Source: Candidatus Thorarchaeota archaeon SMTZ1-45 (GTDB lineage: Archaea; Asgardarchaeota; Thorarchaeia; Thorarchaeales; Thorarchaeaceae). Taken from it: 64,000 bases of DNA. The translations under genes were made by a program, and so were the position numbers. Location: contig LRSL01000058.1 of assembly GCA_001563335.1 (NCBI GenBank), forward strand, positions 12,648 through 76,647, written 5' to 3'. Positions 19,494-29,834 of the stretch are shown here, piece after piece (positions within the stretch are counted from its first letter, which is position 1; every line of letters begins with the position of its first letter). Under the pieces are notes generated by a model. The model had not been told where the DNA came from, did no database searches, and saw only the letters and a list, made by a program, of their open reading frames with translations.

Positions 19494-22313
19494 TTGGAGC
19501 TTCGTGAACAAGAGGTCGCTGCTACTATGTTTAGGTACGCCTTCAAGCGAGTCGCTCGCAGTTATCGTCTTTTCATTGCATTAACTATTGGTGTTCTTTT
19601 AGCTACAACTTTTTTCGCGAGCACGAATGTCGCTGCTGACGTTCTGTCCAAAGATGCTCTTGATGCCAGTATTGAAGGATACCTATACGATTTCTCAGTC
19701 GAGAGTGAGTTATCAAATTGGACTGTTTCGGATATGGAAACTCTAGAAACAGACCTTGTCAACCTTACTGGGATTATAGCATCAACTCATTCCTCTCAGT
19801 TCACGTTCGAGTTCAATAATTCAGGCTTGAATATGACTCTTGCAGGTCTTGAAATGTCATCAGATCTGACAACAGGGTTGCAGTTGATATCAGGCAAGTC
19901 GACTCTTGGACCCAATGAAACGTATATTGTAAGTGGTTCAGCAAATGAATCCCTCTTTGCTTTGGATCAGATTGTCGAAATGGAAATTGTTGTGCTCAGG
20001 GGATTTAATCCTCCAACTATAATTCAACGAAATCTTACAGTGGTTGGGTATGTATACCTTCCTGATGATACTAGAGATTCAATATTACAATCCACATCTG
20101 GTAGTTTCTTCGACCTTTTGTCAGGAGGTGACTTAAGTGCATTAGGTCTTATTGGTCAGCGTTCTTACAATCTAATGATTTCTGATTGGGAATTGACTGT
20201 GCAATCGATACTTGAAGAGGCCTCTGAGGTTTCTTTGCACAATAAGATTGCTGTTCGTAATTTAATTCATCTTCAGATTGACCGTCCGCGATATCTAGAC
20301 CCCTATGATATTGGGGCTTCACTGACAAGACTCGACCAAATTAAAACCTCCATAAGTTCACGCTCGAGTCAATATGATGCAACAGTCATTTCTAACCTTG
20401 AGTTTACGCTAACATTATATCAATTCATGCAACTTGGAATGAATCTTCAATTTGTTTCATTATCTCTCCCTATCTTTCTCCTCGCTTATTTCACGGGAAC
20501 AATGGTCAGCGATGTGGGATACAATTTCCGAAGACGAGAGATTGGACTTCTTCTCACGAAAGGGTATCAAAATCATACGATTAAGCGCATGTTTCTTGTT
20601 GAAGGCGCCTTAGTTGGCGGAATTGCTGGTGCTGCTTCAATCTTTCTTGGTACTGCGGCAGCATATTACGTGCTTGGAATCACTGAAGTGAATTTCCTTA
20701 CTGCTGTTATTAGTAATATTGTTGCTATTATCCTATCAATCATCGTTGGGATGTTCCTTGGATTATTCTCAGTGTGGCGGCCAGCAGGTCGGGCATCGAA
20801 ACTTGAGGTTTTAGATGCTCTGAAACAATATATCTACGTGGAGGATGTATCAGAATACAAGCGACTTCTCCCAACTGTTTCTCTGATATTAGGATCTTAC
20901 AAAATAATAGTATGGCTTCTTGGTATTGATATAGGTGGTCTATTCGGATCAATCAATTTCGGGAATTTTGCAATTGCGTTATTGATTGTAGCATGGCTCA
21001 TGGTTGATGGTATCCTCAACACACTTGGTCCACTTCTTTTCCTCTATGGTGCAACAAGGGTGTTTATGAAGGGGTCACTTAGATTCCAAGAAGCTGTTGT
21101 GAGTGCAGGTCGAAGGTTCTTTGGAGCATTCGGAAATCTAGCTACAAGAAATGTGAAGCGGAATCCTGCTCGAACTGCGGCACTTGTATTCATAATCTCA
21201 TTAATTGTATCCTATGGGATATTCGCAACTGGAAGTCTTTATTCTCAGGCTGATTATATTGAGCGAAACGCTAGATATGATGTAGGAGCAGATGTTAGAC
21301 TTCAACTCAATGCAGGAGCGAACATGACAGAGATGCTAGAGTCTGTACTAGATTATAATGGAGTAGAAGATGCAACACCTGTGTATTATCTTGACCTTCG
21401 AGTTGGTAACACGCAAATAGAAACGCGAGGTATACGACCCAGTGAATGGACTGATATTGGGTATTGGGAGCCTGAATGGTTCATAGGTGATATTACAGAG
21501 ATGCTAGATAATCTAGGAGATGATGGTATCATCATATCCAGAGATGTCGCAAAGAGGTTGGAGCTGGATGTTGGGGATACGATTTATGTGGATGGTCCAT
21601 TTGGTTCAGGAACCTATGGATTGACCATTGTTGGTCTTATTGGCTATCTTACAGTGATTGAGGTAGCTTTTGCAGGCGTTACATTTTCAACAGGTGGAGA
21701 TTACATTTCTATTGTATCTGAAGACTTCCTGAATGATAGTATGCTTATTCATACATCAACAGCTAATGTGCTGATTGACACTGCTTCGAATGTAAATGGC
21801 ACAATCCTTCAGGAACAGTTGCTTCAGGATTTCGACGAAGTGTATAGGACCTTCTCTGTCACTTCTGAAATAGCAGATTATCAATCAAGTCCTCTCAGAA
21901 GCGGCTCGACTAAGATTCAATGGTTAGCAATAAGCTTCGCAATCATACTTGCCATGGTTGGAACGGGTTTAGTGGTATATCTCACTCTAAGAGAAAAGGA
22001 TGTAGAGATTGCTTTGTTGTCTGTTCGAGGTTTCAGCAAATGGCAGATGTTCAAAACACTTCTTGCTGAAGTGATGGTGACTATCCTATTCGCCCTTATA
22101 TTGGGAGTGTTTGTTGGATATGTTGAGAATCTTGGACAGGTTTCACAATTGAATACAAATGCAACTGGTCTAATACGTTATGAGGTGACCCTTGGAGGCG
22201 CAGCATTCTACACAAATCTCATACTCGTAGGTGTGATCTTACTAGCTGCAATAATTCCTGTCTGGTTGTCCTCCAGACGCCCAGAATCAAAGGTCGACAT
22301 ACTAAGAGCATAG
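19494..22313 (+). CDS. FtsX/MacB-type ABC transporter permease (two FtsX modules)
   Basis: RRREIGLLLTKG and EIALLSVRG motifs; two TM bundles with large extracellular loops. Probable start ATG 19527. Confidence 0.88.
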   Translation: MELREQEVAATMFRYAFKRVARSYRLFIALTIGVLLATTFFASTNVAADVLSKDALDASIEGYLYDFSVESELSNWTVSDMETLETDLVNLTGIIASTHSSQFTFEFNNSGLNMTLAGLEMSSDLTTGLQLISGKSTLGPNETYIVSGSANESLFALDQIVEMEIVVLRGFNPPTIIQRNLTVVGYVYLPDDTRDSILQSTSGSFFDLLSGGDLSALGLIGQRSYNLMISDWELTVQSILEEASEVSLHNKIAVRNLIHLQIDRPRYLDPYDIGASLTRLDQIKTSISSRSSQYDATVISNLEFTLTLYQFMQLGMNLQFVSLSLPIFLLAYFTGTMVSDVGYNFRRREIGLLLTKGYQNHTIKRMFLVEGALVGGIAGAASIFLGTAAAYYVLGITEVNFLTAVISNIVAIILSIIVGMFLGLFSVWRPAGRASKLEVLDALKQYIYVEDVSEYKRLLPTVSLILGSYKIIVWLLGIDIGGLFGSINFGNFAIALLIVAWLMVDGILNTLGPLLFLYGATRVFMKGSLRFQEAVVSAGRRFFGAFGNLATRNVKRNPARTAALVFIISLIVSYGIFATGSLYSQADYIERNARYDVGADVRLQLNAGANMTEMLESVLDYNGVEDATPVYYLDLRVGNTQIETRGIRPSEWTDIGYWEPEWFIGDITEMLDNLGDDGIIISRDVAKRLELDVGDTIYVDGPFGSGTYGLTIVGLIGYLTVIEVAFAGVTFSTGGDYISIVSEDFLNDSMLIHTSTANVLIDTASNVNGTILQEQLLQDFDEVYRTFSVTSEIADYQSSPLRSGSTKIQWLAISFAIILAMVGTGLVVYLTLREKDVEIALLSVRGFSKWQMFKTLLAEVMVTILFALILGVFVGYVENLGQVSQLNTNATGLIRYEVTLGGAAFYTNLILVGVILLAAIIPVWLSSRRPESKVDILRA

Positions 22314-23213
22314 GTGATAATAATGAGTACGAAAGCGTATATTCAAGCAGATGACCTCGTGAAGGTCTATCGTCTAGGAAATGTGGAGGTTCAAGCCCTC
22401 CGGGGCCTCTCAATGCAGGTAGCCCAAGGTGAGATGGTCGCAATAGTCGGAGCGAGTGGGTCAGGAAAGACTACCCTGCTCAACATACTAGGTGGAATCA
22501 CCAGAGCAACTGCAGGAAACACAGTTGTTGCTGGCTATGATGTAACCAACGCAAATTCGGTACAACTTGTCGCTCTCCGCCGTGAGATTGTCGGACATAT
22601 CTTTCAAGAACTCAATCTTATTCCTACCCTCACAGCCTATGAGAATGTAGAGTTGCCTATGCTCGCAGCGAAAGTTGATGGAAGTAGAAGGAAAGCACGA
22701 GTTGAGGAATTGCTTTCTGTTGTGGGTCTCGAAGATAGAATGAAACACAAACCTGATGAGTTGTCTGGTGGAGAACGACAGCGAGTCGCTATCGCTGCAG
22801 CTATTGCTAATGACCCGAAAGTCCTACTTTGTGATGAGCCTACTGGGGATCTCGATACAGAAACAGGGGGCATCATTGTCGAGTATTTGCATAAAGTAAA
22901 CAAGGAATATGGGAAGACTGTTTTGATGGTTACACACGACCCTTCAGTTGCTCGGCAATGTGATCGAATCTATAGGATTCGTGATGGTCAAATCATATCT
23001 GTTCAGTCACCTACAGCTGATGATCAATCAGAAGCAACCTCAAGGGTGGATGTCATTCGCGAAAGGCTTACAGAGATTAAAGCTGAGATTGCGCGTCTTG
23101 ATGAACAAGCCAGGGCTGGTACTGTTGACCTTGGCGTGTTTGCAGGACGAAGGACGGCTCTAGCAGATCGACAAAAGATGTTCGAAGAAGAGTTACACAG
23201 ATTGGGTTTGTAA
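22314..23213 (+). CDS. ABC transporter ATP-binding protein (LolD/MacB type) with a C-terminal helical extension
   Basis: GASGSGKTT, LSGGERQR, LLCDEPTG and VTHD motifs. Confidence 0.95.
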   Translation: MIIMSTKAYIQADDLVKVYRLGNVEVQALRGLSMQVAQGEMVAIVGASGSGKTTLLNILGGITRATAGNTVVAGYDVTNANSVQLVALRREIVGHIFQELNLIPTLTAYENVELPMLAAKVDGSRRKARVEELLSVVGLEDRMKHKPDELSGGERQRVAIAAAIANDPKVLLCDEPTGDLDTETGGIIVEYLHKVNKEYGKTVLMVTHDPSVARQCDRIYRIRDGQIISVQSPTADDQSEATSRVDVIRERLTEIKAEIARLDEQARAGTVDLGVFAGRRTALADRQKMFEEELHRLGL

Positions 23214-23249
23214 GTAAATCGCCTACCTCGATATCTTTTTGTCCCGCAC

Positions 23250-24152
23250 ATGAGATGCCTAGAATTGGTGGTCTTACTGCAACTCCCTATCGTCGCTGTC
23301 CATGGCGGAGCTACAGTCTTTGAGAAGAAGAATCATGAGGCTATTCTAAAAGCAGTCAGAGCTGCTGCTAAACTTGGTATGCAAGCTCTTGAGAAAGGTG
23401 GTTCAGCTCTTGATGCAGTAGAAGCAACTATATGGGTACTTGAAGAAACAGATCTCTTCACTGCAGGACTGGGTGCTAGTAAGAACCGTGATGGTGAGAT
23501 TGAGCTGGATGCGATGATAATGGATGGGAACCGCCTTCAAAGTGGAGCTGTGATGGCAGTGCAAAACATAGTCCATCCCATCTCTCTCGCAAGATATGTT
23601 TTAGAAAGGACAGCAAACTCTCAGATTGTCGGTTCTGGAGCAAACAAGCTATACGAACAGATGTTGGCTGAGGGGTATCGAAAGGAAACCTCTGTCCGAA
23701 AGACTGAGGCGCCAATCATGGTAAAGAACTACGACACAGTTGGTGCAGTAGCTGTTGATAGAAGTGGTAGAATAGTGTCAGGTTCTTCAACGAGTGGTTG
23801 GCCAGGAAAAATGCCAGGTCGTGTGGGTGATTCACCAATCATTGGGGCTGGTGTATATGCAAATGATGTTGCTGGTGCAAGCTGCACTGGAAAGGGGGAG
23901 CAGATACTTAGGATTACAATGGGAAGGATGGCTGTTTATCATGTTGAACAAGGTCTGTCTGTTCAACAAGCTGCAGAAAATGTGATGACTGAGCTGCGTC
24001 AGAAGACCACAGGTGAAGCTGGTCTTATCCTGGTGAATAAATTCGGTGATTTGGCAATAGACTTCGATACGACTCATATGCCTGTTGCAGTGATTTCGAA
24101 AGACATGAGTGAAGTGTTCTACTCGATGACCCCCGAATGGCCTATTGACTAG
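23250..24152 (+). CDS. Isoaspartyl peptidase/L-asparaginase (Ntn hydrolase)
   Basis: VHGGA, ELDAMIMDG, DTVGAVA cleavage site, GRVGDSP and TGKGE motifs. Confidence 0.92.
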   Translation: MRCLELVVLLQLPIVAVHGGATVFEKKNHEAILKAVRAAAKLGMQALEKGGSALDAVEATIWVLEETDLFTAGLGASKNRDGEIELDAMIMDGNRLQSGAVMAVQNIVHPISLARYVLERTANSQIVGSGANKLYEQMLAEGYRKETSVRKTEAPIMVKNYDTVGAVAVDRSGRIVSGSSTSGWPGKMPGRVGDSPIIGAGVYANDVAGASCTGKGEQILRITMGRMAVYHVEQGLSVQQAAENVMTELRQKTTGEAGLILVNKFGDLAIDFDTTHMPVAVISKDMSEVFYSMTPEWPID

Positions 24153-24155
24153 ACG

Positions 24156-25352
24156 CTAGTCAAGGAGTCGTTTCTCTCCGGATATTTTTAAGATCTCAGT
24201 GATGTCCTGACTGACCTCCAAACATCCAAGATATTTCTTCTCACTATCTCTTACAGCAAAGTAACGAATATGAATGGTCTTTCCTCCGAGATTGATCCAA
24301 AACTCTGCTGAATCTCTCGTTGCTTTTCTGAAGTCATTCAAAATCTGCTCAACTACGTGCACACTCTTTTTTGGATGACATAACTGCACACTTCTCCCAA
24401 TTACTGCTCTTGAACGGACAAAGATTCTATCAGGTGACTCACTGAAGAATTGAACTCTGTCTTGCGCGTCTACAAAGGTCATATCGATTGGCAAGTGCTT
24501 AAAAATCGCCTCAAGTGTGTCAACAGAGAGTTTTCCACTACCAAAAACAACCTCACTTCCTTCTGAAACAATTGGTTTCTCAACTTGAACTGGGGCTCTT
24601 ATTCCAACAGGTTTGATTGAATAACTGCAATATCCAATGTCATCAAAATCCTGGATGACAATCTCCCATTCCTGTTCGCCAAACAGTCTCAAGGATGCTG
24701 GGAATAGGATATTGTTCTCCTTATTGAAGTGGCTTGCAAGCATATTAGCCAAAGTTGTTGACGCATTGCTTAGCTTGCCCAGATTCTCGATCAGTTCTTT
24801 ATTTGAGTCTGAATTCAGGTCAAATAGTCCTTTCTCAATTTCATGAATTTCCTGATGCTCACTCCACATTGCTGCTGGTGGTCCTGTGAGACCATGTTTT
24901 TCCAGAACTGGAAAGAGGGCATTTTCTTCACGTAAATAGTGGGTTGTGGATTCACCAAAGAATTCAAGTAATTGCCTTATCCGATCGAGATACGCAGGGT
25001 TTGGTTCACTTTCTTCCTCTGAAATCGTTTTGGTGAGGGAATGCAGTTCGTTAGCATATTCCATGAGGAGGGCATGCTCAGACATCAGAGTGTGGATAGG
25101 ATGTCCCTTTGGTACAATTGGTTTTTGAGCTTGAACGGTATCTCTAAAGACTTCGAGACTCATATTATAAAGGGTTTGAAAGACTTCATTAGATAATCCC
25201 TCTCTGATTAACTCATCTTTTACCAGCATCATCTCTGCTGGATTAACAACACCCAGTGTCTTCACGAAGTCTTTCTTGAGTTCCCTAGTATCCTCTCCTA
25301 CATCAATCCTCTTAGCAATCTCTTTGAGGATATTCTTCCTTTCACTCGCCAT
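24156..25352 (-). CDS. DUF438 protein (hemerythrin-like plus PAS domains)
   Basis: GHPIHTLMSEH, HYLREENALFP, MWSEH and HFNKENNILFP motifs; C-terminal PAS (LPIDMTFVD, LCHP). Confidence 0.9.
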   Translation of the reverse strand: MASERKNILKEIAKRIDVGEDTRELKKDFVKTLGVVNPAEMMLVKDELIREGLSNEVFQTLYNMSLEVFRDTVQAQKPIVPKGHPIHTLMSEHALLMEYANELHSLTKTISEEESEPNPAYLDRIRQLLEFFGESTTHYLREENALFPVLEKHGLTGPPAAMWSEHQEIHEIEKGLFDLNSDSNKELIENLGKLSNASTTLANMLASHFNKENNILFPASLRLFGEQEWEIVIQDFDDIGYCSYSIKPVGIRAPVQVEKPIVSEGSEVVFGSGKLSVDTLEAIFKHLPIDMTFVDAQDRVQFFSESPDRIFVRSRAVIGRSVQLCHPKKSVHVVEQILNDFRKATRDSAEFWINLGGKTIHIRYFAVRDSEKKYLGCLEVSQDITEILKISGEKRLLD

Positions 25353-25370
25353 AAAATCGCCAATGATATG

Positions 25371-26138
25371 TTATGAAACTGTCTTGATATTTCCTTTGAC
25401 TCCGATTTCAAAAACCCTCAATGGAATATTCCGACCAGTGTTCACAATAGCTTGGGCTACAACCCTGACTAGCCCATGGCAACAAGGAACCTCCATATGA
25501 ACAACAGACACATCCTTTACGTTATTGACTTTAAACATCTGAGTAAGCTTTTCGAGGTTTTGCTGATAATCTTCGAACTTAGGACAGACTAGAACTGCGG
25601 CTTTATCCTTCAGAAAGTCTTCATGCATTGATGTATATGCTAATGCTGCACAATCTGCAATAATGAGGACACTAGCATTCCTAAGAACTGGGTGTTGTGG
25701 CATTAGCAATCTAAGTTTAATTGGCCAATGCGTGAGTCTAGACTCTTTTGGCTTCAAGATGGTTTCAGGCAATAGATGATCAGGACCTTCATGGACACTA
25801 ACATCTCCCTCAAAATAGGTGAATTTCTCACTTCCTACACATCCCACTTCTTGACTTGCTAGTCTTTGCTTTCTGATATTCTGTTTTGCTGCAATTTCAT
25901 CAAAAGGAACAGTTTCGACCTCTCTGAGTGTCAATGCTCCTTCAGGACATTCACCTAGGCAAGCACCCAGACCATCACAGAATGATTCAGACACTACCTT
26001 AGCTTTTCCGTCGACTATCTGAAGTGCACCCTCAGCACATCCTGGTACACAATTACCACATCCCGTGCAGAGGTCTTCGTCTATGTGTATCATGAGTCTT
26101 TTTACAATGGTCGTAGAGCTTTCCATCATCTTCACCAT
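25371..26138 (-). CDS. 4Fe-4S dicluster protein with a conserved C-terminal Cys domain
   Basis: CTGCGNCVPGC, CDGLGACLGECP, WPIKL, ADC, CPK and MEVPCC motifs. Confidence 0.88.
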   Translation of the reverse strand: MVKMMESSTTIVKRLMIHIDEDLCTGCGNCVPGCAEGALQIVDGKAKVVSESFCDGLGACLGECPEGALTLREVETVPFDEIAAKQNIRKQRLASQEVGCVGSEKFTYFEGDVSVHEGPDHLLPETILKPKESRLTHWPIKLRLLMPQHPVLRNASVLIIADCAALAYTSMHEDFLKDKAAVLVCPKFEDYQQNLEKLTQMFKVNNVKDVSVVHMEVPCCHGLVRVVAQAIVNTGRNIPLRVFEIGVKGNIKTVS

Positions 26139-26150
26139 AGTTAATTATTT

Positions 26151-26185
26151 ATTGGTCTACTATTATAAATATAGTAGTTACCAAT
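26151..26185. promoter_or_regulatory. Inverted repeat centred on a TATA element in the divergent promoter (putative HxlR operator)
   Basis: ATTGGT-CTACTAT-tataaat-ATAGTAG-tt-ACCAAT. Confidence 0.5.
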
Positions 26186-26200
26186 TGGGAAGTTAATATC

Positions 26201-26596
26201 ATGACAGGGCGAACAAAAGAAGATGTGGAAAGGTGTCCGGTGTTCGCTGCATCTCGGATTCTAGGGAAGCGTTGGTCGATTCTCATCATTCAAGTTCTAC
26301 TGAGGCCTGAGGCTATCATTGGAATGAGATTCAATGATCTGCATAAAGAGCTAAGCTGGATTAGCCCAAAAGTTCTGACGCAACGACTCAGAGAACTTCA
26401 AGAAAGTGGAATCATATCTAGAGATGTTGATGCTAGCTCAATTCCACCAAAGGTATGGTACACACTAACTGAGAAAGGCAGAGACCTTGGACCCACCTTG
26501 GAAACTATGCAAGCTTGGGGCATGAAACATGGTGGTCGAGTTGTTGCTGTCTGTTTGAGTAAGGGCTTCGAACATTGCCATGAGTGTCAACATTAA
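26201..26596 (+). CDS. HxlR-family winged-HTH regulator, probably thiol-sensing
   Basis: CPV..A..ILGKRW, RFNDL, ISPKVLTQRLREL and PPKVWYTLTEKG motifs; extra C-terminal C..CHEC. Confidence 0.92.
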   Translation: MTGRTKEDVERCPVFAASRILGKRWSILIIQVLLRPEAIIGMRFNDLHKELSWISPKVLTQRLRELQESGIISRDVDASSIPPKVWYTLTEKGRDLGPTLETMQAWGMKHGGRVVAVCLSKGFEHCHECQH

Positions 26597-26656
26597 CAAA
26601 ATGAGATATTAGAAGCTACTGCATTTTCTCCTCCTGGAATTCAGGAGTGGTCCTAT

Positions 26657-27640
26657 ATGAAACGCAAAATCAAATATGGCGCCAGATTGAGTCGTGTAAT
26701 TTCAACAGTTGCACCTGATAGCGAGAACCCAAATATTACTCCATATGAGCGAATTCAATGGTCACGTGTCCGACAGGTCGCTCAAGAATGTGAAAGGTTG
26801 GGATTTGATTCAGTAATTGTACCAGATCATCCTATGGATGATGTGTCTCGATATGCTTGTATGTCTACATTAGCAGCCCTAGCTGCAAGCACTGAAAGAG
26901 TTACTATAGGAACACTCACTACTAACACAATGAGATACCTCCCTAATCCATCACTATTCATCAAGGAAGTTGCCACTTTGGATGACATTTCTAATGGCCG
27001 ATTATATCCGTTTGGTCTTGGTCTTGGCTGGACTCCCCATGAATATGAGGCATTCGGATTTCCTTTTCCACCTCACAAGATTCGACTTGCTCAGATGAAA
27101 GAAACGATTGAAATGATGAAACTGATGTTTACAGAGGATTTGGTCACTTATGAGGGTGAATATTTCCAAATCAAGAATGCTATCTGTGAGCCTAAACCGG
27201 TTCAAAAACCATTTCCGATCGTTATAGGAGCGCGTGGGAACAGGACTCTTAGTCTTGCCACTGAATATGCTGATCACATCGACATATATGGAGGGATGGA
27301 CTTGGATGATCTTCAAGAACGGCTTAGTTTTGTTGAGGACACTTGCTCAGAAATCGGACGAGACTTCAAAGAGATTTTATTCTCATGGGGTTGTTGGTTC
27401 TGGATATATGAAAATGAAAAAGAGAGAGACAAATATGCCTCAGAAATTAAGCGTCTATCCGAGTATCCAGAAGACAGATTCCAAGCAAAAATAATAATGG
27501 GGACTCCTGAAGAAATCGTTGAGAAGTTCGAATCACTCATCGACCTAGGAATCACCTATTTCACATTGAGGTTTGAAGATTTGCCTAGCACGCATGGGCT
27601 AGAGCTATTTGCCGAGCATGTAATGCCCGAACTAAATTGA
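26657..27640 (+). CDS. LLM-class (luciferase-like, flavin/F420-dependent) oxidoreductase
   Basis: GFDSVIVPDH, LAALAAST, TLDDISNGR, GLGLGW, PKPVQKP and GTPEEI motifs. Confidence 0.9.
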   Translation: MKRKIKYGARLSRVISTVAPDSENPNITPYERIQWSRVRQVAQECERLGFDSVIVPDHPMDDVSRYACMSTLAALAASTERVTIGTLTTNTMRYLPNPSLFIKEVATLDDISNGRLYPFGLGLGWTPHEYEAFGFPFPPHKIRLAQMKETIEMMKLMFTEDLVTYEGEYFQIKNAICEPKPVQKPFPIVIGARGNRTLSLATEYADHIDIYGGMDLDDLQERLSFVEDTCSEIGRDFKEILFSWGCWFWIYENEKERDKYASEIKRLSEYPEDRFQAKIIMGTPEEIVEKFESLIDLGITYFTLRFEDLPSTHGLELFAEHVMPELN

Positions 27641-27667
27641 AGAATATTCTTGAGGTTCTCGTACATC

Positions 27668-28141
27668 CTATTTACGAGAATCCTCAATTATTTTGACGAT
27701 TTCCTCTTCAATACTTCCAGTCATTCTTGCACGTGTCTTTATTCTTCCAACTTCTTTTCCATCTTTTTCAAATATGATGATAGTTGGGCTGCTAGTAACT
27801 CCGAAAGTATCAACCTCTACAGGAGAGGGAGGTACAGCCCATAATCTTTCAGATCCATAGGGGGGTTTGGTCATTCCTCCCAATGCTATGAATGGTTTAT
27901 CAAGCTCTTTCTCAAGAAGTGCTAGAATTGGAAGTGCCCTCCGAGAGTCACCACACCAATCTGCAAAAAGAACAACAATTTCGTAATCTTGCATTAGCTC
28001 TAGGAGTTTCTCTACAGCTTTCATGTTTAGCTTATATTCATCTCTTTGACGGACAAATCCTCCACGATATGCTGGTTTAATGTCATCTATCGCGTCATTG
28101 CATGATGATGCATTTGCTTGAACATCACTCAATTTTGGCAC
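27668..28141 (-). CDS. Thioredoxin-family protein (CxxS)
   Basis: ADWCGDS, cis-Pro SSPT and EVGRI motifs. Confidence 0.85.
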   Translation of the reverse strand: MPKLSDVQANASSCNDAIDDIKPAYRGGFVRQRDEYKLNMKAVEKLLELMQDYEIVVLFADWCGDSRRALPILALLEKELDKPFIALGGMTKPPYGSERLWAVPPSPVEVDTFGVTSSPTIIIFEKDGKEVGRIKTRARMTGSIEEEIVKIIEDSRK

Positions 28142-28171
28142 TATATCTCATCTCCTTGTTAGTTGAATTTT

Positions 28172-28654
28172 CTATTCTGCTTCACAGACTATATCTGTTC
28201 CCTTTGTACCTTTTTTCGGTTGTAATGGAGTTTGTTGAATAAGTCTGACCCATTTTGAAAGATAGTCCAAGTGACTCTCTTCTTCATCTTTTAGATGTTC
28301 GATTAAAAGTTGAACAACTGGATCACTGATTTTTTCTAGAGCCCTATCTAGTAGATTCTTCATTTCTCCTTCATCAAGCATGAGGGAATCGATTTCTCGC
28401 TCAAGTCTCACTCTACCTGAATAACGAGCAACCTTGGCTGACCACTGGTCGCAGGGTGTGGAAGTCATATGTTCAATCATTCCCTCAAGAAATTTGATAT
28501 GTTTCCACGTGTCAAGACGTAATTCCATGAATGCAAGACGAACTGCAGGTTCTTTCGCTTGTTCTTCTAGGTTGACCAAACGATTCAATGTATCCTGTTC
28601 AACTTGAATCTGGTCTTTCATTATTGAAATAATCTCAGCTTCAGTTCCACTCAC
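28172..28654 (-). CDS. Ferritin-like/rubrerythrin-like four-helix protein
   Basis: QIQVE, DTWKH, E and EEESH di-iron ligand pattern. Confidence 0.75.
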   Translation of the reverse strand: MSGTEAEIISIMKDQIQVEQDTLNRLVNLEEQAKEPAVRLAFMELRLDTWKHIKFLEGMIEHMTSTPCDQWSAKVARYSGRVRLEREIDSLMLDEGEMKNLLDRALEKISDPVVQLLIEHLKDEEESHLDYLSKWVRLIQQTPLQPKKGTKGTDIVCEAE

Positions 28655-28741
28655 TATTTGTTTCTCCTAATTGGCTGTAAATTTATTAACAATAGTTATT
28701 TATTTTCTTATAAGAGTATTCGTCGAGCCACTTTACTAGGT

Positions 28742-29761
28742 TTATTCAATGTGGAGAGCTCTTCTGTAATCCGGATGATCAAACTGCTCTCCTTGTTCCC
28801 GTTCATTGCCCAAAAACTGGTTCATCATAAGACCTGCATAATTACCCGTCCCCACTGCCATGGCAACCTGTTGAGTTATTGCTCTGACATCTCCTGCAGC
28901 CCATACTCCCTCAATGTTTGTTTTACCTCGATGATCTGTGATTATATTACCCTTCAAATCAACCTCCACACCTATCTGTTGAGCTAGCTCAGATCTAGCA
29001 ATATCAACAAAAGCTACGAAAAACACATTGGTCTTTATCTTTCTACCATCCGTTAGAGTGACTGACTGCACAACTCCAGGTCTCGGAAAGTCAATTGCTT
29101 TTATTTTTCCAGTTGTCCATTTGAATGGCGACTGTTCCAATTTTGTAAGATCCTGGTCTTCAAACGGCACATAAGCATCTTCAGTCATAAGAATCTGAAT
29201 TTTGTCAGTGAAACGAGTCAGAGCATTTGCCACATGAAGTGCACTACCAACTGTTCCAGCATTTACGATTAAGACTTCTTTATTCTTGCAAAGGGGTGCT
29301 TCACAATCTGGGCAGTAAAAGGCTCCATTACCTACATTGGCAACAGGGAGCCATCCTCTCCACATGCCATCTACCTTCGGATGTTTTCTTGAGGTCCCAG
29401 TAGCTATTAATAGTGTTTTTGCATGGTATTCGCTCTTATCATCGGTTCTATAGCTTGGCTCTGTCTTGATAGTGAACTTCGGATAACGACCTCCAATCTG
29501 CACTACATCAGCTGCGATGTACTCTGCTCCTGCTGCTCTTGCCTCTCCTTGGATATTCCTAAGTAGACTTCGACCTTCATGGTAGACAGATCCTGAGAAG
29601 TTGAGGATTGAGTTAGTATGAAAATGCATTGGACTTGTTCCCCTATCCAAGACTAAAACTCTGCGTTCATGGTATGCTAAATGAAGAGCCGCTGAAGACC
29701 CAGCAGGACCCCCACCAATGATGATTGCATCATAAGTCTTAACCATTGTAAAAGACCTCAA
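28742..29761 (-). CDS. Thioredoxin-reductase-like flavoprotein (CPDC) lacking the NADPH-binding motif
   Basis: GGGPAG, ATG, YCPDCE and TNIEGVWAAGD motifs; NAGTVGSA replaces GGGxxA. Confidence 0.85.
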   Translation of the reverse strand: MRSFTMVKTYDAIIIGGGPAGSSAALHLAYHERRVLVLDRGTSPMHFHTNSILNFSGSVYHEGRSLLRNIQGEARAAGAEYIAADVVQIGGRYPKFTIKTEPSYRTDDKSEYHAKTLLIATGTSRKHPKVDGMWRGWLPVANVGNGAFYCPDCEAPLCKNKEVLIVNAGTVGSALHVANALTRFTDKIQILMTEDAYVPFEDQDLTKLEQSPFKWTTGKIKAIDFPRPGVVQSVTLTDGRKIKTNVFFVAFVDIARSELAQQIGVEVDLKGNIITDHRGKTNIEGVWAAGDVRAITQQVAMAVGTGNYAGLMMNQFLGNEREQGEQFDHPDYRRALHIE

Positions 29762-29834
29762 TCAATCTGACATTCAATATAGTTAATAACTCTATGGAGA
29801 GCGGCACCATTCATGAATCTGAGCTCTCGCGGAA

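Noticed and set aside
22311-22325. In-frame TAG between the ABC permease and ATPase (possible pyrrolysine readthrough fusion)
   Set aside because: TAGGTGAT is simply the RBS of the ATPase gene, and there is no evidence of recoding.
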